Shown: positions 1 through 12,438, counted from the first letter of the stretch. The stretch: DNA of 51,542 bases from Octopus bimaculoides (GCF_001194135.2 NC_068986.1:113799245-113850786); one strand, 5' to 3'. The notes: a model not told the origin generated them from the sequence alone. Numbers and translations: made by a program.

Positions 1-206
1 TATAATTATATATATAATTATAATCAGGGGTCAGCTAAGTGCCTGAAATTGAAATAGACGTTAATGTCTTTCCAACTCCCATAAAAATCTCCAAGGCAGT
101 AACACACTTTTTTTATGTAGGCAAAAAGAAGAATGATGAATCTACACGTGCGTCTATTTCTAATTTAGTACGTTTTCTCCTACTGTTTTCTTATAAAAAC
201 GCGCGC

Positions 207-317
207 GCGCGTGTCTGTGTGTGTGTGCGTGTGAGTGTGTGTGCGTATGTGTGTGTGTGTGTGCGTGTGTGTGTGTGTGTGCGCTGTGTGTTATGGATAT
301 ATATGCATGTATGCATG

Positions 318-351
<34 letters not shown>

Positions 352-387
352 GATAGATAGATAGAGATATATAGATATATATATGTA
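207..387. repeat. Compound (GT)n/(AT)n/(AGAT)n microsatellite
   Basis: Directly visible dinucleotide/tetranucleotide runs; representative of dozens of similar tracts in the window. Confidence 0.95.
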
Positions 388-1825
388 CTTGTATTCACCC
401 GTGTTTATCCATACAAGTATATATATTATAATGCATACACAACATGATTTTTTAAAATCTATATAAGTATTTTAAACCATGTCGTTGTTTCAAAACAATG
501 TCATGTGCACGATCTTGTTAAATATAATGAATAAAGCATTTATTCTGAAGAAACACTAGACATAGGTTGAGAATGTAAATATTTCTGGTCACATATTTGT
601 ATCACTATACCTAAATCATTTCACTCTTTTTGTTCCCAATTTCCAATACCCACTTTGAAATATTAAATTTCTCATTCAATAACTGTTAATCTTCGTAATT
701 CAATTGTACGAAGTCATGTTACGTTTACCTTGATTTACGAAACAGTAGGCATGTCATGCCTGCTTGTGTTTAAATGTTTTTTTGGTGAGACTTATTTCAT
801 TATTTTGTTAAGTGCCTTTTGAAAAGAAATAACCAGACACACGATATATCAATGGTCTAATGAAGCACTTATCTTTAAAGAGATTACAGTATTACAATTA
901 ATTTCATGTTTTTGTTGTGCATACAAGTAGAATATATTTTCTTAGTTTTGGTTAAACATATAATCAAATATTTGTGAAATTTCGCATGACCTTTACATTA
1001 TCTTACTCCGATAGGAATTTTGGTTGACAGGAATTTTTTCCATATTAAATTTGGAAAGTTTCTGGTACTAATATCAAAAATATTTACGATAAAATGTAGA
1101 TTTAACCAACCATTTTTTTATTTTTTACATAAACTTATTTCTACTTTGCTGGGTGTTGTGTATAGTGTAAATTTCTCTTTAAAAGTTTTTTTATATGTTA
1201 AAACATGTTTATAATCATATGCAGCCCAATTAAAATAAATATTAATAAAAAACGATATATATATCTATATATATATATATATATATNNNNNNNNNNNNNN
1301 NNNNNNNNNNNNNNNNNNNNNNNNNNNNNNNNNNNNNNNNNNNNNNNNNNNNNNNNNNNNNNNNNNNNNNNNNNNNNNNNNNNNNNNNNNNNNNNNNNNN
1401 NNNNNNNNNNNNNNNNNNNNNNNNNNNNNNNNNNNNNNNNNNNNNNNNNNNNNNNNNNNNNNNNNNNNNNNNNNNNNNNNNNNNNNNNNNNNNNNNNNNN
1501 NNNNNNNNNNNNNNNNNNNNNNNNNNNNNNNNNNNNNNNNNNNNNNNNNNNNNNNNNNNNNNNNNNNNNNNNNNNNNNNNNNNNNNNNNNNNNNNNNNNN
1601 NNNNNNNNNNNNNNNNNNNNNNNNNNNNTATACATACATACACGCGAGTGTATACATGTATGCGTGTGTTAATGTGTATGTGCATATAAATATTAATATA
1701 TATATATATATATACATACATATATATATATATATGGGAGAATATACAAAAAATAACAACAGACGAGGACAGGTGGTGTAAATAACAAAAGTATATATTA
1801 GTATGACGCTCGGGAATACGGAAAG

Positions 1826-1862
1826 TCTTTGACGTTTCGAGCTACGCTCTTCAACAGAAAGA
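1826..1862 (-). ncRNA. Minimal type-I hammerhead ribozyme motif with variant core (CUGUUGA)
   Basis: Minus strand: tcttt CTGTTGA a gagc-gta-gctc GAAAC GTC aaaga. Stem I tcttt/aaaga, stem II gagc/gctc, loop-less palindromic stem III (ACGT), GUC triplet; A6 replaced by U. Confidence 0.6.
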
Positions 1863-2015
1863 ATACGGAGACAAGGAGAAAAACACGGAGAAAAAAAATT
1901 GATATATATATATATATATTTGAGTATGTATATATATATTTGTATATATATATTTATTTAGATATGTATATATATATTTATGTAATAATTATGTATATAG
2001 ATATGCGTGTGTGTA

Positions 2016-2317
2016 GGTGGAGGTATGGCTGCATGGTAAGAAATTGCTTCCCAATCACATAGTTCCGTGTTCAGTCTCACTGTGTGACACCTTGGGCAAG
2101 TATCTTCTTCTCTAGCCGCGGTCCGACTAAAGCCTTGTAAGTGGATTTGGTAGAAGGAAACTGAAAGAAGCCCGTCGAATATCTGTACGTATGTATGTAT
2201 ATCTAAATATGCGTGTCTGTGTTTGTGTTAGTCCCACCACCACTGCCTAACAACCGGTGTTGGTGTGTTTGCGTCCCCAAACCTAGCGGTTCAGCGAAAT
2301 AGACTGTTAGAATAAGT
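2016..2317 (+). mobile_element. tRNA-derived CORE-like SINE (family A), 3' truncated by RTE insertion
   Basis: A/B-box-like head, 'gacaccttgggcaagt' CORE-like motif; alignable by eye to the near-full copy at 28806-29226. Confidence 0.85.
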
Positions 2318-2650
2318 CTTCTTAGTTCCTCTTGCGCCATGTGGTGCATTGGGCGGCAAGGCTTCTCCAACGTGGTCAATCGGCCGCGGCGATTACAGCT
2401 TCACCCTATGAAATTCCAACTGCTTTGTGGTCATCGATGAAGGTGCAGTGCCAAGTCGCATTTGGTCGCCCTTTTTTTTTCTCCTACCATTCGGTGGCCT
2501 CCACAGAATGGCGGTTTTCGCAAGCTGCGACGATGGTAATCGGAGGAAATGGCTTGCGAATTGCAAGCGGCACTCAGTGACAACCTCACGGAGCAGACGC
2601 GTATGGGAAATTCTCGACGTATAATTCGATATTATTTTACTTCGTGTTGT
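2318..2650 (-). mobile_element. RTE/RTE-X LINE 3' end (decayed ORF2 C-terminus)
   Basis: Minus frame RLQFASHFLRLPSSQLAKTAILWRPPNGRRKK(K)GRPNATW...RWRSLAAQC..RKRN* fits the RTE-clade C-terminal pattern 'GH..R......K....W.P..G.R..GRP..TW'. Confidence 0.8.
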
Positions 2651-2864
2651 GATATAGCTTACATATAAACTGAAGACAGCACAAAATACAGAAACAGACT
2701 TCACGAGATAGAAGTAAGCATTGTTTAAAAATGAATGGATAACCAGTATGTTATTTCCCTTCACTTTCAATGATAAGTTTAAGAAAAAGTAGACGCAAAC
2801 GAAATATGTTGCCATGATTTCCTCCCTTACATGGATCCTCCTCTTGTGTAGGAAAATAAAAGTA

Positions 2865-3073
2865 CAGCAATCCCTCGACTATCGGGGCTGTTCCGTTCCA
2901 AAATCCGCCGCGATAAGTCTAAGTCTGCGAAGTAGAAACAGCACTGTACTGTACATTTTTTAAATTCATTTTTATAACTTGTTTGTATTTATTTTATTAT
3001 AAATGCAAAACAACACCAGGGAGCTTAAATAATAAACCACGATAGGTGAACCGTGATATGACGAGGGATTAGC
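2865..3073. mobile_element. Tigger/pogo-like MITE
   Basis: TA (2863-64) followed by cagcaatccctcgactatc; degenerate inverted end ccgtgatatgacgagggattagc at 3051-3073; internal ccRcgata repeats. Confidence 0.55.
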
Positions 3074-4325
3074 GTTTGTCACAAAATTCTGGTTCCTGAC
3101 ATGGTTTACATATGATTGTCTAGAAAATAGTCACCTTCGCAGGAAAATCAACTGCGTCCGGGTATATCTAAAATGGTATGGATGAGGAGATTCTAGCTCT
3201 AGATTTCAATATTTCATTAAAAAAAATTTTTTTTTATTAATTTCTACTTCTTTCTGTCTCATCTTTCTGATTTAAAGCAACGGCATTTACACGGACAATA
3301 TAACTAATCGGCTTACGTAGGTTTTGTATTTTACTTCCAAATTGATTATATCTGTTTGCTATTGGGGTATACTTTTGGCGAGTTACTTGTTTTAGGAAAG
3401 GCAAAATCACGGAAACCTTAATTCGACAGACGTGACATCACACAGATTACGTATCAGATTCACATGTTGTATAGGGAGGTTTATACGTAAGCAGGGGTTA
3501 ATGAAACATAGCTACGAAACTTATCTAAGATATTGATAGCCATTATACAACTTGTTTCTTTTTCTTCTTTAATCCTAAATAAATCCTTTCTCTTAAACCT
3601 CTGATCAAACGTGTTGTAGCCATAGCGATTCCATAATTTGTTTAGATAGTTCTATAAATATAATCTCGTCGTTTCATTTTTAAGATGATAGAGAAATTTT
3701 CACTTCTACTTCTAGAAGGTCTAGTGACTTCCAGTGGCTCCCCTCGTTGACTAGAAATCGATTAACCCAAGACGATGTTTGTTTAGTCAGAATTCAAAAG
3801 ACTTTTGATCAAATGGATTACCATCCATCGATGCTAGAGTGTGCTCGCCTATATTATGCACTGTACCGTGTCTCGCTTTAAAAATGATCTAATGTAATAA
3901 TTTAGCTGTTCTTTCTAGCAACTCCGCTCTTTCTAGACTATAATAACAGGAGCTTTTGAAAAATATGCCAGAAAGTGTTTCATTTTGCTTCCATTTCTCT
4001 CCATCTCGTTCAATATTGGGTCAAATACTTATTCTGATTATGTAAAGATATGTGGGGGTTGCGTGGGGCGTAGAGCGAATGTATCTCCACTTGTTGATCT
4101 ATCGTCAAATGATCAGATACCAATTCTACGGAACTAAGCTCTTTCACTTCATGTACAATCTCGTTTTTATGTTTTCTTTTTCTTTTCACTGGACTGCACT
4201 GACATCAAACGGTCCATTATAAGAGAGACAAAAGCAACTCGTAACAAAATATCAAACCGTATCACGAGATCATTTTTGATTGATTCTTCAATTTTGCAAC
4301 GATAAGGATGATGACGATGATGCTG

Positions 4326-4358
<33 letters not shown>

Positions 4359-5279
4359 TCAACAATAGCAGCGATATCGGGTAAAGCAATGCAGATATTT
4401 CAGGCTTTTAGTAATACCATCTAGAGAATACTAGAAGAGAAATGTTAGATAATCCATCAGTTACTGGCTGGGGAATGAATCAGTGATTGATGCCAAAAAT
4501 ATATTTCCTTCTGAGCTTTCTTTCTTATTCCTATTGCAATCTTAAGATAGGGAGGGATACATACATTAAACGTATAAGAAAAGGAAATATATATAAATGA
4601 GAGAAAAAGAAAAAAAAAGATATTTCGGATTGGAGGGTAAAAAAAAAAAAAGAAGAAATTGTGCTGAGATATCAAAAGAAATATTTTCTACCAAGTCAAT
4701 CATTTTGATTAAAATTTTCTGTGTCAATTATTCTAGATTACAACCAGTTAAGTGTGGAATGAGTGGGTGTGAGTCAATAGAGGAGAGCCCCTAATTACAA
4801 ATATCTTCATTTTTACCAGATCAAATGAATAGAACAAATACATTGAAGAAAATAACAAATAGACAGAAAAGAAACAGAAAAAAAATCGGAAGTTAAGAAA
4901 GGAAAAGTAAAATAGTATTTCTTGGAATATATTCGTTCTGAACGATCGGAATAGATATATTTTTGTGAAGTAAATTAACCTGACTTGATATTCCCACCCA
5001 ATCTCCTCAGATTTCCTCCCTCCAGGAGAACGTACTTCATTAACTGGATAGAATTTCTTGCAACATTATATTATTCAAGGGTAATATTGATGTAGAGGGT
5101 AATAAAGTGGATGTAATTGGAGGGGGACAGAGAAGGTAATTGTTGCGGGCACAATGCCTTGGTAGGTATTTTGTCCCATCCTTTTTTAAAATTCTGGGTT
5201 CAAATCTTCCCGAGGGTGAGTTTCTCTTTCGACCTTCTAGGAACTGAACACATAAATATCAATGAATCACTGGTCCTGA

Positions 5280-5995
5280 CATTCACGATACTACCCGTTC
5301 TCTTCTAAGTTATGCTACGTTGTTCCCATGTTAGATATCATTTTTATCTTATTGGGAGCGATAGTATTGTTCAACCCCAGGATTATCCATATCAAGCAAA
5401 TCTATAATAAAAGACAGGTCAGATCATCCGTTCTTATTTCGAAACAGTGCATCTTCAGTATTACAGGAGTTGCATTCAGTTTGAAGGTTAGCTTGTAACC
5501 TCGTAGGCACCGGATGTTAGGAAGCCTGTCCCTTGGGTGTGAGGTAGCCTGTATTGTAGTGTGCAATTTTAGAAGCGATGTTATCTAAACAGGAGTAGCC
5601 CACCTTCATATTATGTGAGTTAAAAAGCTTATAGTATTTATGGACCCCGGAGAAATACATTTTAATCAACGACAGGAAACACTTGGCTACGTTGATTGGA
5701 ACTTCTAGCTCTTTATCTTCCTAGCCTTTCCTACTAACGTCTGAAACTAGATTTTTAGCAACAGCGGAAGGAGGTGATTCAAATTCCTGTGGATGTGCAG
5801 TCTCCCTGTTCGGTTTCTTGTAAGGATAGTATCTGTCCGGTTTCATGTCTAGTGCCGCATCTCGGAAGTCGAATGTGGTTAACTTGATAGTAATGGTAAT
5901 GGAGAGACTAAACTCTTTTAGTATATTTATCATATCCTTCCTAATTTTATTCATGTTGTAGCCATTCAGACTGGCAGTCCGTTGTACCTGTAGAA
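5280..5995 (-). mobile_element. Penelope-like element fragment (RT thumb toward GIY-YIG region), decayed
   Basis: Minus frame [46 protein letters not shown]...SPPSAVAKN resembles the PLE RT pattern 'KIRK.I...FK..GL.ITI......VDFLDV.L......Y.PY.KPN....SNHPP'; then frameshifted/stop-containing continuation. Confidence 0.75.
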
Positions 5996-6138
5996 CACTG
6001 GCCTGTGTGGGGGTATGTGTGCGTGTGTGGATGTGTGTTTGCGTTTGTGCGGTTATGCGCGTGTATGTGTGTGCGTGTGTGTGTATGTATAACATTATAT
6101 TTATATATTTACATGCACATATATAACTACATATATAC

Positions 6139-6208
<70 letters not shown>

Positions 6209-6271
6209 GTACATATATATATATATTTATATATATGTATATATATATGTACATATATATATTTATATATG

Positions 6272-6308
<37 letters not shown>

Positions 6309-6349
6309 GTAGGTATGCATGTATATGTATATATACATATCTATTATGA

Positions 6350-7105
6350 ATTAAAGAACCCCTGAAATGTGAATACAAACGAATGAAATAAGTTTCGAGT
6401 AAACAGGACCAGGGATTCCTGAGATATGAATACCACAAACGGTACGTAATGATAAAATACTCCGAAAATAACAAAACTCTAAAAGGGAAGTAACTCTAGA
6501 GACCATGATCATGGTCTTCAGTATTTTGAAGACAATCTTCACAACTTGGGTAAAGGTCTTACTTTCTACAGAAAAGGAAAGATTTGGCTGCTATTTCTTG
6601 CACGCCTTGCTACCACGCAACAGTTATTTGCGAACAAGGACCTGAAATAACTGTTACGGAACAGGCATGCGACTAGAAGGATCGATGAGACTAATAAATC
6701 AAGGACTGGGCGTCTGGCGGAACAGAGGAAAAGAGACAGAAGCAGAAAAGGTCAGGAACAGGACGATGCTCGGAGAGTGGAGCGTCTGGCGAAACAGAAG
6801 GAAAGACACAAAAGCCTGAGACATTGTGAGTCAGATGCTCATATGAATACAAACGGAATAAAACAAGTTTCATGTAAATCGGACCATGGGTTACCGAGAT
6901 ACCTGGGTTTTTTGGGTACCTTTATAAATAGCTAGCCCGGCGTATAATGGAGAAATTGCTTTGAAAGTAAGGTGCCATTGAAATGTGAATACAAACAGAG
7001 AAACACAAGTTTCGCATAAATCGGCCCACGGATTCTCGAGACATGTGGTTTTTCGGTTACCTTGAACTACTGGTGACCCAACGGGTAATGGGTAGCCTAG
7101 TATAT
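6350..7105 (+). mobile_element. Helitron/Helentron-like remnant
   Basis: Three internal copies of 'aaatgtgaatacaaac..aagtttc..gtaaa(t)cgg.cca.gg.tt.c.gaga'; frame with ~23-aa E..R..RL..Q.R.R repeats (6655-6840); 3' end with hairpin accc-aac-gggt followed by CTAGT. Confidence 0.5.
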
Positions 7106-8295
7106 ATGTGTGCGTGTGTGTGTGTGAGTGTGAGGAAAAGTGAGTTCAAAAAGAACAACTCAAACTTTTTAGGATCCAGAAAAAGAGAAAAATTGATTTC
7201 TGATAATGATTCATCATATTCATAAAAATCAGCCAGAGCAAGTAATAAGAATATGAAAATAATAACCGAGAAGTTTCGTTATAAAAATATATCATAAACA
7301 AGTATTCAAAAAAATATAGAAAAAATGTAGAATCAGAAATNNNNNNNNNNNNNNNNNNNNNNNNNNNNNNNNNNNNNNNNNNNNNNNNNNNNNNNNNNNN
7401 NNNNNNNNNNNNNNNNNNNNNNNNNNNNNNNNNNNNNNNNNNNNNNNNNNNNNNNNNNNNNNNNNNNNNNNNNNNNNNNNNNNNNNNNNNGACCCAACGG
7501 GTAATGGGTAGCCTAGTATATATGTGTGCGTGTGTGTGTGTGAGTGTACGTGTGTGCCCGCGCGCATGCGTGTGTGTGATGATATTATTATATAAATGAT
7601 TATATATATAATGCTAAATTTTATTTTAGAATTTATGGGAATGACTGCCTTTGATGCCTCGGTCCTTTCTGTGTGTTAACTTGTCTTGTTTTCCAGTTTT
7701 TCTCTCTTTCTTTTTTCTCGTTGTTTACGTACTTCATGTTATTTGCACCGTTGGTGAGGTCCTGTGGCCATAGAAGCATGCATATATATATATATATATA
7801 TATATAATTTTGTATTTAGGGATGGCCATTTTTTCCTAAAAAAACATACGCACTATTGTGGTGGGGCGCGCGTGTGTGTGTGATTTCTTTTTCAAAACTA
7901 TCTTGTATATTAGACGCACGCGTGGCTGTGTGGGTAGAAGTTCGCTGCACAGCCTCTTAGTTTTAGGGTCAGTCCAATTGCGCTGAACATTCGGCATAAT
8001 ATTTTCTACTACAACACCTTGTGCCAAGTAATGCCCTGTGAGTAAATTTGGTGGAAGGAACTTGTGTGAAAGTCCGTCGTGTATGTCGTTGTGTGTTAGC
8101 GTGTAGGTGTGCGTGATTATATGCCCTTGTATTTGACTCTCCACCACCTTAAAACTGCTGTTCTGTTATGAAAGAGAGTCATAGATTCACCGGAGTCGTT
8201 TTGTTCGACTAAGCACTAAAAGCCCTTGTCCCAATCTAGAGTGAATCCAATAACTAGAACAAGTGAATGAAGGAATAAAAGTGTTATTTCACCAT

Positions 8296-8510
8296 GGGCG
8301 GCGATCTGGCAGAAACGTTAGCACACCGGGCGAAATGCTAAGCGCTTTCTGTCTTTACGTTCTGAGTTCAAATTCCGCCGAGGTCGACTTTGCCTTTCAT
8401 CTTATTGGTCTCTATAAATTAAATACCAGTTGCGTACTGGGGTCGATCTAATCGACTAGCCACCTCCCCAAACAATTTTGGGCTTTGTACATAGAGTAGA
8501 AAAGAATATT
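8296..8510 (+). mobile_element. tRNA-derived SINE family B (tail 1)
   Basis: ggcggcga..tggcagaa..gttagc head, gagttcaaattcc B box, 'gcctttcatc...gataaattaaataccag' central domain; TSD-like tgttatttca. Confidence 0.85.
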
Positions 8511-9024
8511 GTTATTTCATAACGATAGATTTAGCATAGACTAATGGAATAATTTATGAAATGAAACCTCTCTATTAATTAAATAACAGACGACTGTTTG
8601 TATTTACTGTACGGAGTACTTCAAGACGTAAAATGTGAGCAGATGGAGTCACTCGTTTTGGATTTATAATCACCCAAAACAAGATACTACAATGAGACTG
8701 CGAGTAAAGCAACAAGCCATATGCGCTATGCAAAAAAGCTAGCTTTAGATATTGCCGAAGACTTATATTCACTGGTCTTAATACAGTAGAATCGGAATAG
8801 CACCGACGTGCGTTCCACTATAAAACGTACCTAATACTATCAAATACTGATCTGCCTGTAAAACATATTCTGGTATTTATCACACTAGTATTGAGTGGTA
8901 AATAAATCTTCAGTTTAGATAAATCTCCCCATATGGCGTCCGTGACAAACTTGATGGGGTCATAATATTATATGCATAAAGATATATATGGCAAGCTTAC
9001 TATGATCTAGCAAGCCTAAGCATT

Positions 9025-9403
9025 CTAGCAGTATATGGTAAGTAGCTTGCTTACAACCACATGGTTCCGGGTTCACTCCCTCTGCGTGGCACATTGAACA
9101 AGTGTCTTCTACTATAACCTTTGGCCGACCAATGCCTTGTGAGTAGCTTTGGTAGGCAGAAACTGAAAGAAGCTCGTCGTATATACATGTGTTTTTGTAC
9201 CTGTTTTGCCCCCCAACCAACATGTCTTGACAACTGATGCTGGTGCGTTTACGTCCCCGCAACTTAGCGCTTCGCCAAAAGAGACCGATTGAATAAGTAC
9301 TAGGCTTACAAAGAATAAGTCCTGGGGTCGATTTGCTCGGCTAAAGGCGGTGTTCCAGCATGGCCGCAGCCCAAAATGACTGAATCCAGTAAAAGAACAA
9401 GAG
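9025..9403 (+). mobile_element. SINE family A (CORE-like)
   Basis: Colinear with 28806-29226. Confidence 0.9.
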
Positions 9404-9459
9404 TATATATATATATATNNNNNNNNNNNNNNNNNNNNNNNNNNNNNNNNACTTGACTT

Positions 9460-9700
9460 TTCATAAAATCCCAAATATATTTTGGAACTTATGGGAGCAA
9501 CTGTCTTCGAAGACTTGTATTGTCGTTGCTTGCTCGAAATGAGGAGGAGATCGACAACCGACAACTGATGAAGGGTCGTTCTTTGTGTTACTATTCCTGT
9601 TTTCAATTACTTTTTTTGTCTCTCGCTTGCGTATTTAACTCGCTTGTTTTCGTATTTCATGTTGTTTACAGTTGGTGACGTCTTGTACCCGTATATGCAT
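9460..9700 (+). repeat. Interspersed repeat fragment carrying the 5' half of an HHR-like core; related copy at ~7640-7780
   Basis: CTGATGA at 9565-9571 then gggt...accc; shared block 'gtt(g)ttt.cgta.ttcatgtt.ttt.ca..gttggtga.gtc.tgt' with ~7720-7765. Confidence 0.45.
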
Positions 9701-9709
9701 ATATATATA

Positions 9710-10116
9710 TTCTTTTATTCTTTTACTTGTTTCAGTCATTTGACTGCGGCCATGCTGGAGCACCGCCTTTAGTCGAATCAAATCGACCCCAGGACTTATT
9801 CTTTGTAAGCCTAGTACTTATACTATCGGTCTCTTTTTGCCGAACCGCTAGGTTACGGGGACCTAAGCACACCAGCATCGGTTGTCAAGCGATGTTGGAG
9901 GGACAAACACAGATACACAACGTATACACACATACACACATGTATATATACATATATATGACGGGCTTCTTTTCAGTTTCCGTCTACCAAATCCACTCAC
10001 AAGACTTTGGTCGGCCCATGTCTATAGTAAAAGACACTTGCCAAAGGTGCCACGCAGTGGGACTGAACCCGGAACCATGTGGTTCGTAAGCAAGCTACTT
10101 ACCACACAGCCACTCA
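9710..10116 (-). mobile_element. SINE family A (CORE-like), full length
   Basis: Reverse complement of the family A layout; head ends ...cacacagccactc. Confidence 0.92.
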
Positions 10117-10760
10117 TATATATATATATATAAATATATATATATACGCGCACATATGACGTATATATATTTGCTTCAGATTAAGATGTGCATTACATAT
10201 ATATAAGATTACGTTACGCATATATGTGTATGTGTGTGTGGTGTATGTATACATATAAGTGAATGAAGAAACGAAAGAAACTAAGACTTTTGGTTGGAGT
10301 TACATGCATTTAATTAGAGCTTAACTCGATCCGACATAACTTAAAGTTTCGTATGCGTGGGATATGCCAGAATCATCAGATGTTCGCTAGATAGGTCAGT
10401 TCAAGCCAGGTGGCTATTTCTACCTTAGCGACATCCGTTACTTTATTACTATGTCAAATTTGATGTCAGTTTGATAGCAGTTGACATGGAACATCCTTGA
10501 CAGATGAGGGAATATTGAATGGATGAAATAGAATGGTTTGTGCTTCTAATAGAAATTTACCATTTAGCCGCTCATTGCGTCACGTTGGTTCCACATGTTA
10601 CTTTGGAATACTCAACCGCTAACAAACTAATTCATTGACGCTACGGTTCGGTTTACCAAACAAATCAACAAGGCTCTTCAACGAAACCGACGGAGATCCT
10701 TTTGCTATGTACTAGTACTTATACATGTGTGTGTGTGTGTGTGTGTGTCTGTGTGTGTGC

Positions 10761-10798
<38 letters not shown>

Positions 10799-11529
10799 GC
10801 GTGTGCTTGTATTTATGTATAAGTCTGACTCGATGTGTTTTTTTTTGCCATTTTGCCAGTAATATTACATAATATTCTGGTCTGAAATTAATATTTGAGA
10901 AGAAAATGAGAAGAGGAAAAAACATTCTGGGAAAAAAGAAAACNNNNNNNNNNNNNNNNNNNNNNNNNNNNNNNNNNNNNNNNNNNNNNNNNNNNNNNNN
11001 NNNNNNNNNNNNNNNNNNNNNNNNNNNNNNNNNNNNNNNNNNNNNNNNNNNNNNNNNNNNNNNNNNNNNNNNNNNNNNNNNNNNNNNNNNNNNNNNNNNN
11101 NNNNNNNNNNNNNNNNNNNNNNNNNNNNNNNNNNNNNNNNNNNNNNNNNNNNNNNNNNNNNNNNNNNNNNNNNNNNNNNNNNNNNNNNNNNNNNNNNNNN
11201 NNNNNNNNNNNNNNNNNNNNNNNNNNNNNNNNNNNNNNNNNNNNNNNNNNNNNNNNNNNNNNNNNNNNNNNNNNNNNNNNNNNNNNNNNNNNNNNNNNNN
11301 NNNNNNNNNNNNNNNNNNNNNNNNNNNNNNNNNNNNNNNNNNNNNNNNNNNNNNNNNNNNNNNNNNNNNNNNNNNNNNNNNNNNNNNNNNNNNNNNNNNN
11401 NNNNNNNNNNNNNNNNNNNNNNNNNNNNNNNNNNNNNNNNNNNNNNNNNNNNNNNNNNNNNNNNNNNNNNNNNNNNNNNNNNNNNNNNNNNNNNNNNNNN
11501 NNNNNNNNNNNNNNNNNNNNNNNNNNNNN

Positions 11530-11582
<53 letters not shown>

Positions 11583-12198
11583 TGCACACACACATATATA
11601 TATGAATATGAAAGTACGTACATATATATAGAAAGAGATAGAGAGAGACAGATAGATAGACAGATACATAATTCGAAGATATTAAGGAGAGAATTATTGA
11701 GAGAGAGAGACGGACAGAAAGACAGGCAGACGGACAGACAATGCACTGTACATAACAGGTAGTAAAAATGTTGATATGTTGATATTAAAAGAAATACACA
11801 ATTTCTCCAGACTCAGTTCTGTCTCGACAGCCAAATCAGAGTTAGCAGCCGAGAAAAGTGTTATAATCATCGCACATTAACATCGGCTCTTAGATTACCC
11901 GTATTCCAAGCTATCTCTCGATGCTATCAACCTGACGCACACCAGACCAATACTTAAAAGTCTGCTATAGAAACATAATAGCATATTGCTTGAACAAAGA
12001 AACGCGGTCCCGTGTTGCGAATAATATTGTATATATTTTGATTCTGAATTCTGTTTTTGCCGATGTATTTTGAATCTTTGACCTACTTGCATTTCGGATT
12101 ATAATACTTTAGTGAGTCTGGAGTATAGATAAATCTGATCATATGACATTCAAATATACTGAAATGTGTATGTTTGCATATATATATATATTACTAAT

Positions 12199-12438
12199 AC
12201 GGCACTCTGTGGGTTACGCTTGCTCGTGAACTTAACGTGCAAGTGGGTGAGCACGCTAGAGACACGTGTACAATTAACGTAGTTCTCGGGGCGATTCAGC
12301 GTGACAGAGAGTGCGGCAAGGTTGGCTTTTGAAATACAGGTGCAACAGAAAAAGGAAGAGAGAGTGAGAGAAAGTTGTGGTGAAAGAGTACAGCAGGGCT
12401 CACCACACCCCTCCCTGCCAGAGCCGCGTGGAGCTTAG
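12199..12438 (-). mobile_element. Octopus SINE family D, 5'-truncated (no tRNA head)
   Basis: Body 'ctgctgtactctttcaccacaactttctctcactc...cacgctgaatc.ccccgagaactacgtt' recalled as an octopus tRNA-SINE body; not database-checked. Confidence 0.6.

Noticed and set aside
2427-2624. Plus-strand ORF with RRKWLANCKR resembling a THAP domain
   Set aside because: No C2CH ligands; the opposite strand is a clear RTE LINE C-terminus
4985-5030. CTGAGGA on the minus strand near the end of the Penelope fragment
   Set aside because: No GAAA box; stem II marginal
11899-11964. 66-nt minus-strand AG/GT-bounded segment (RLLSIGLVCVRLIASRDSLEYG)
   Set aside because: Splice signals are common in AT-rich DNA; no recognisable homology or supporting neighbour
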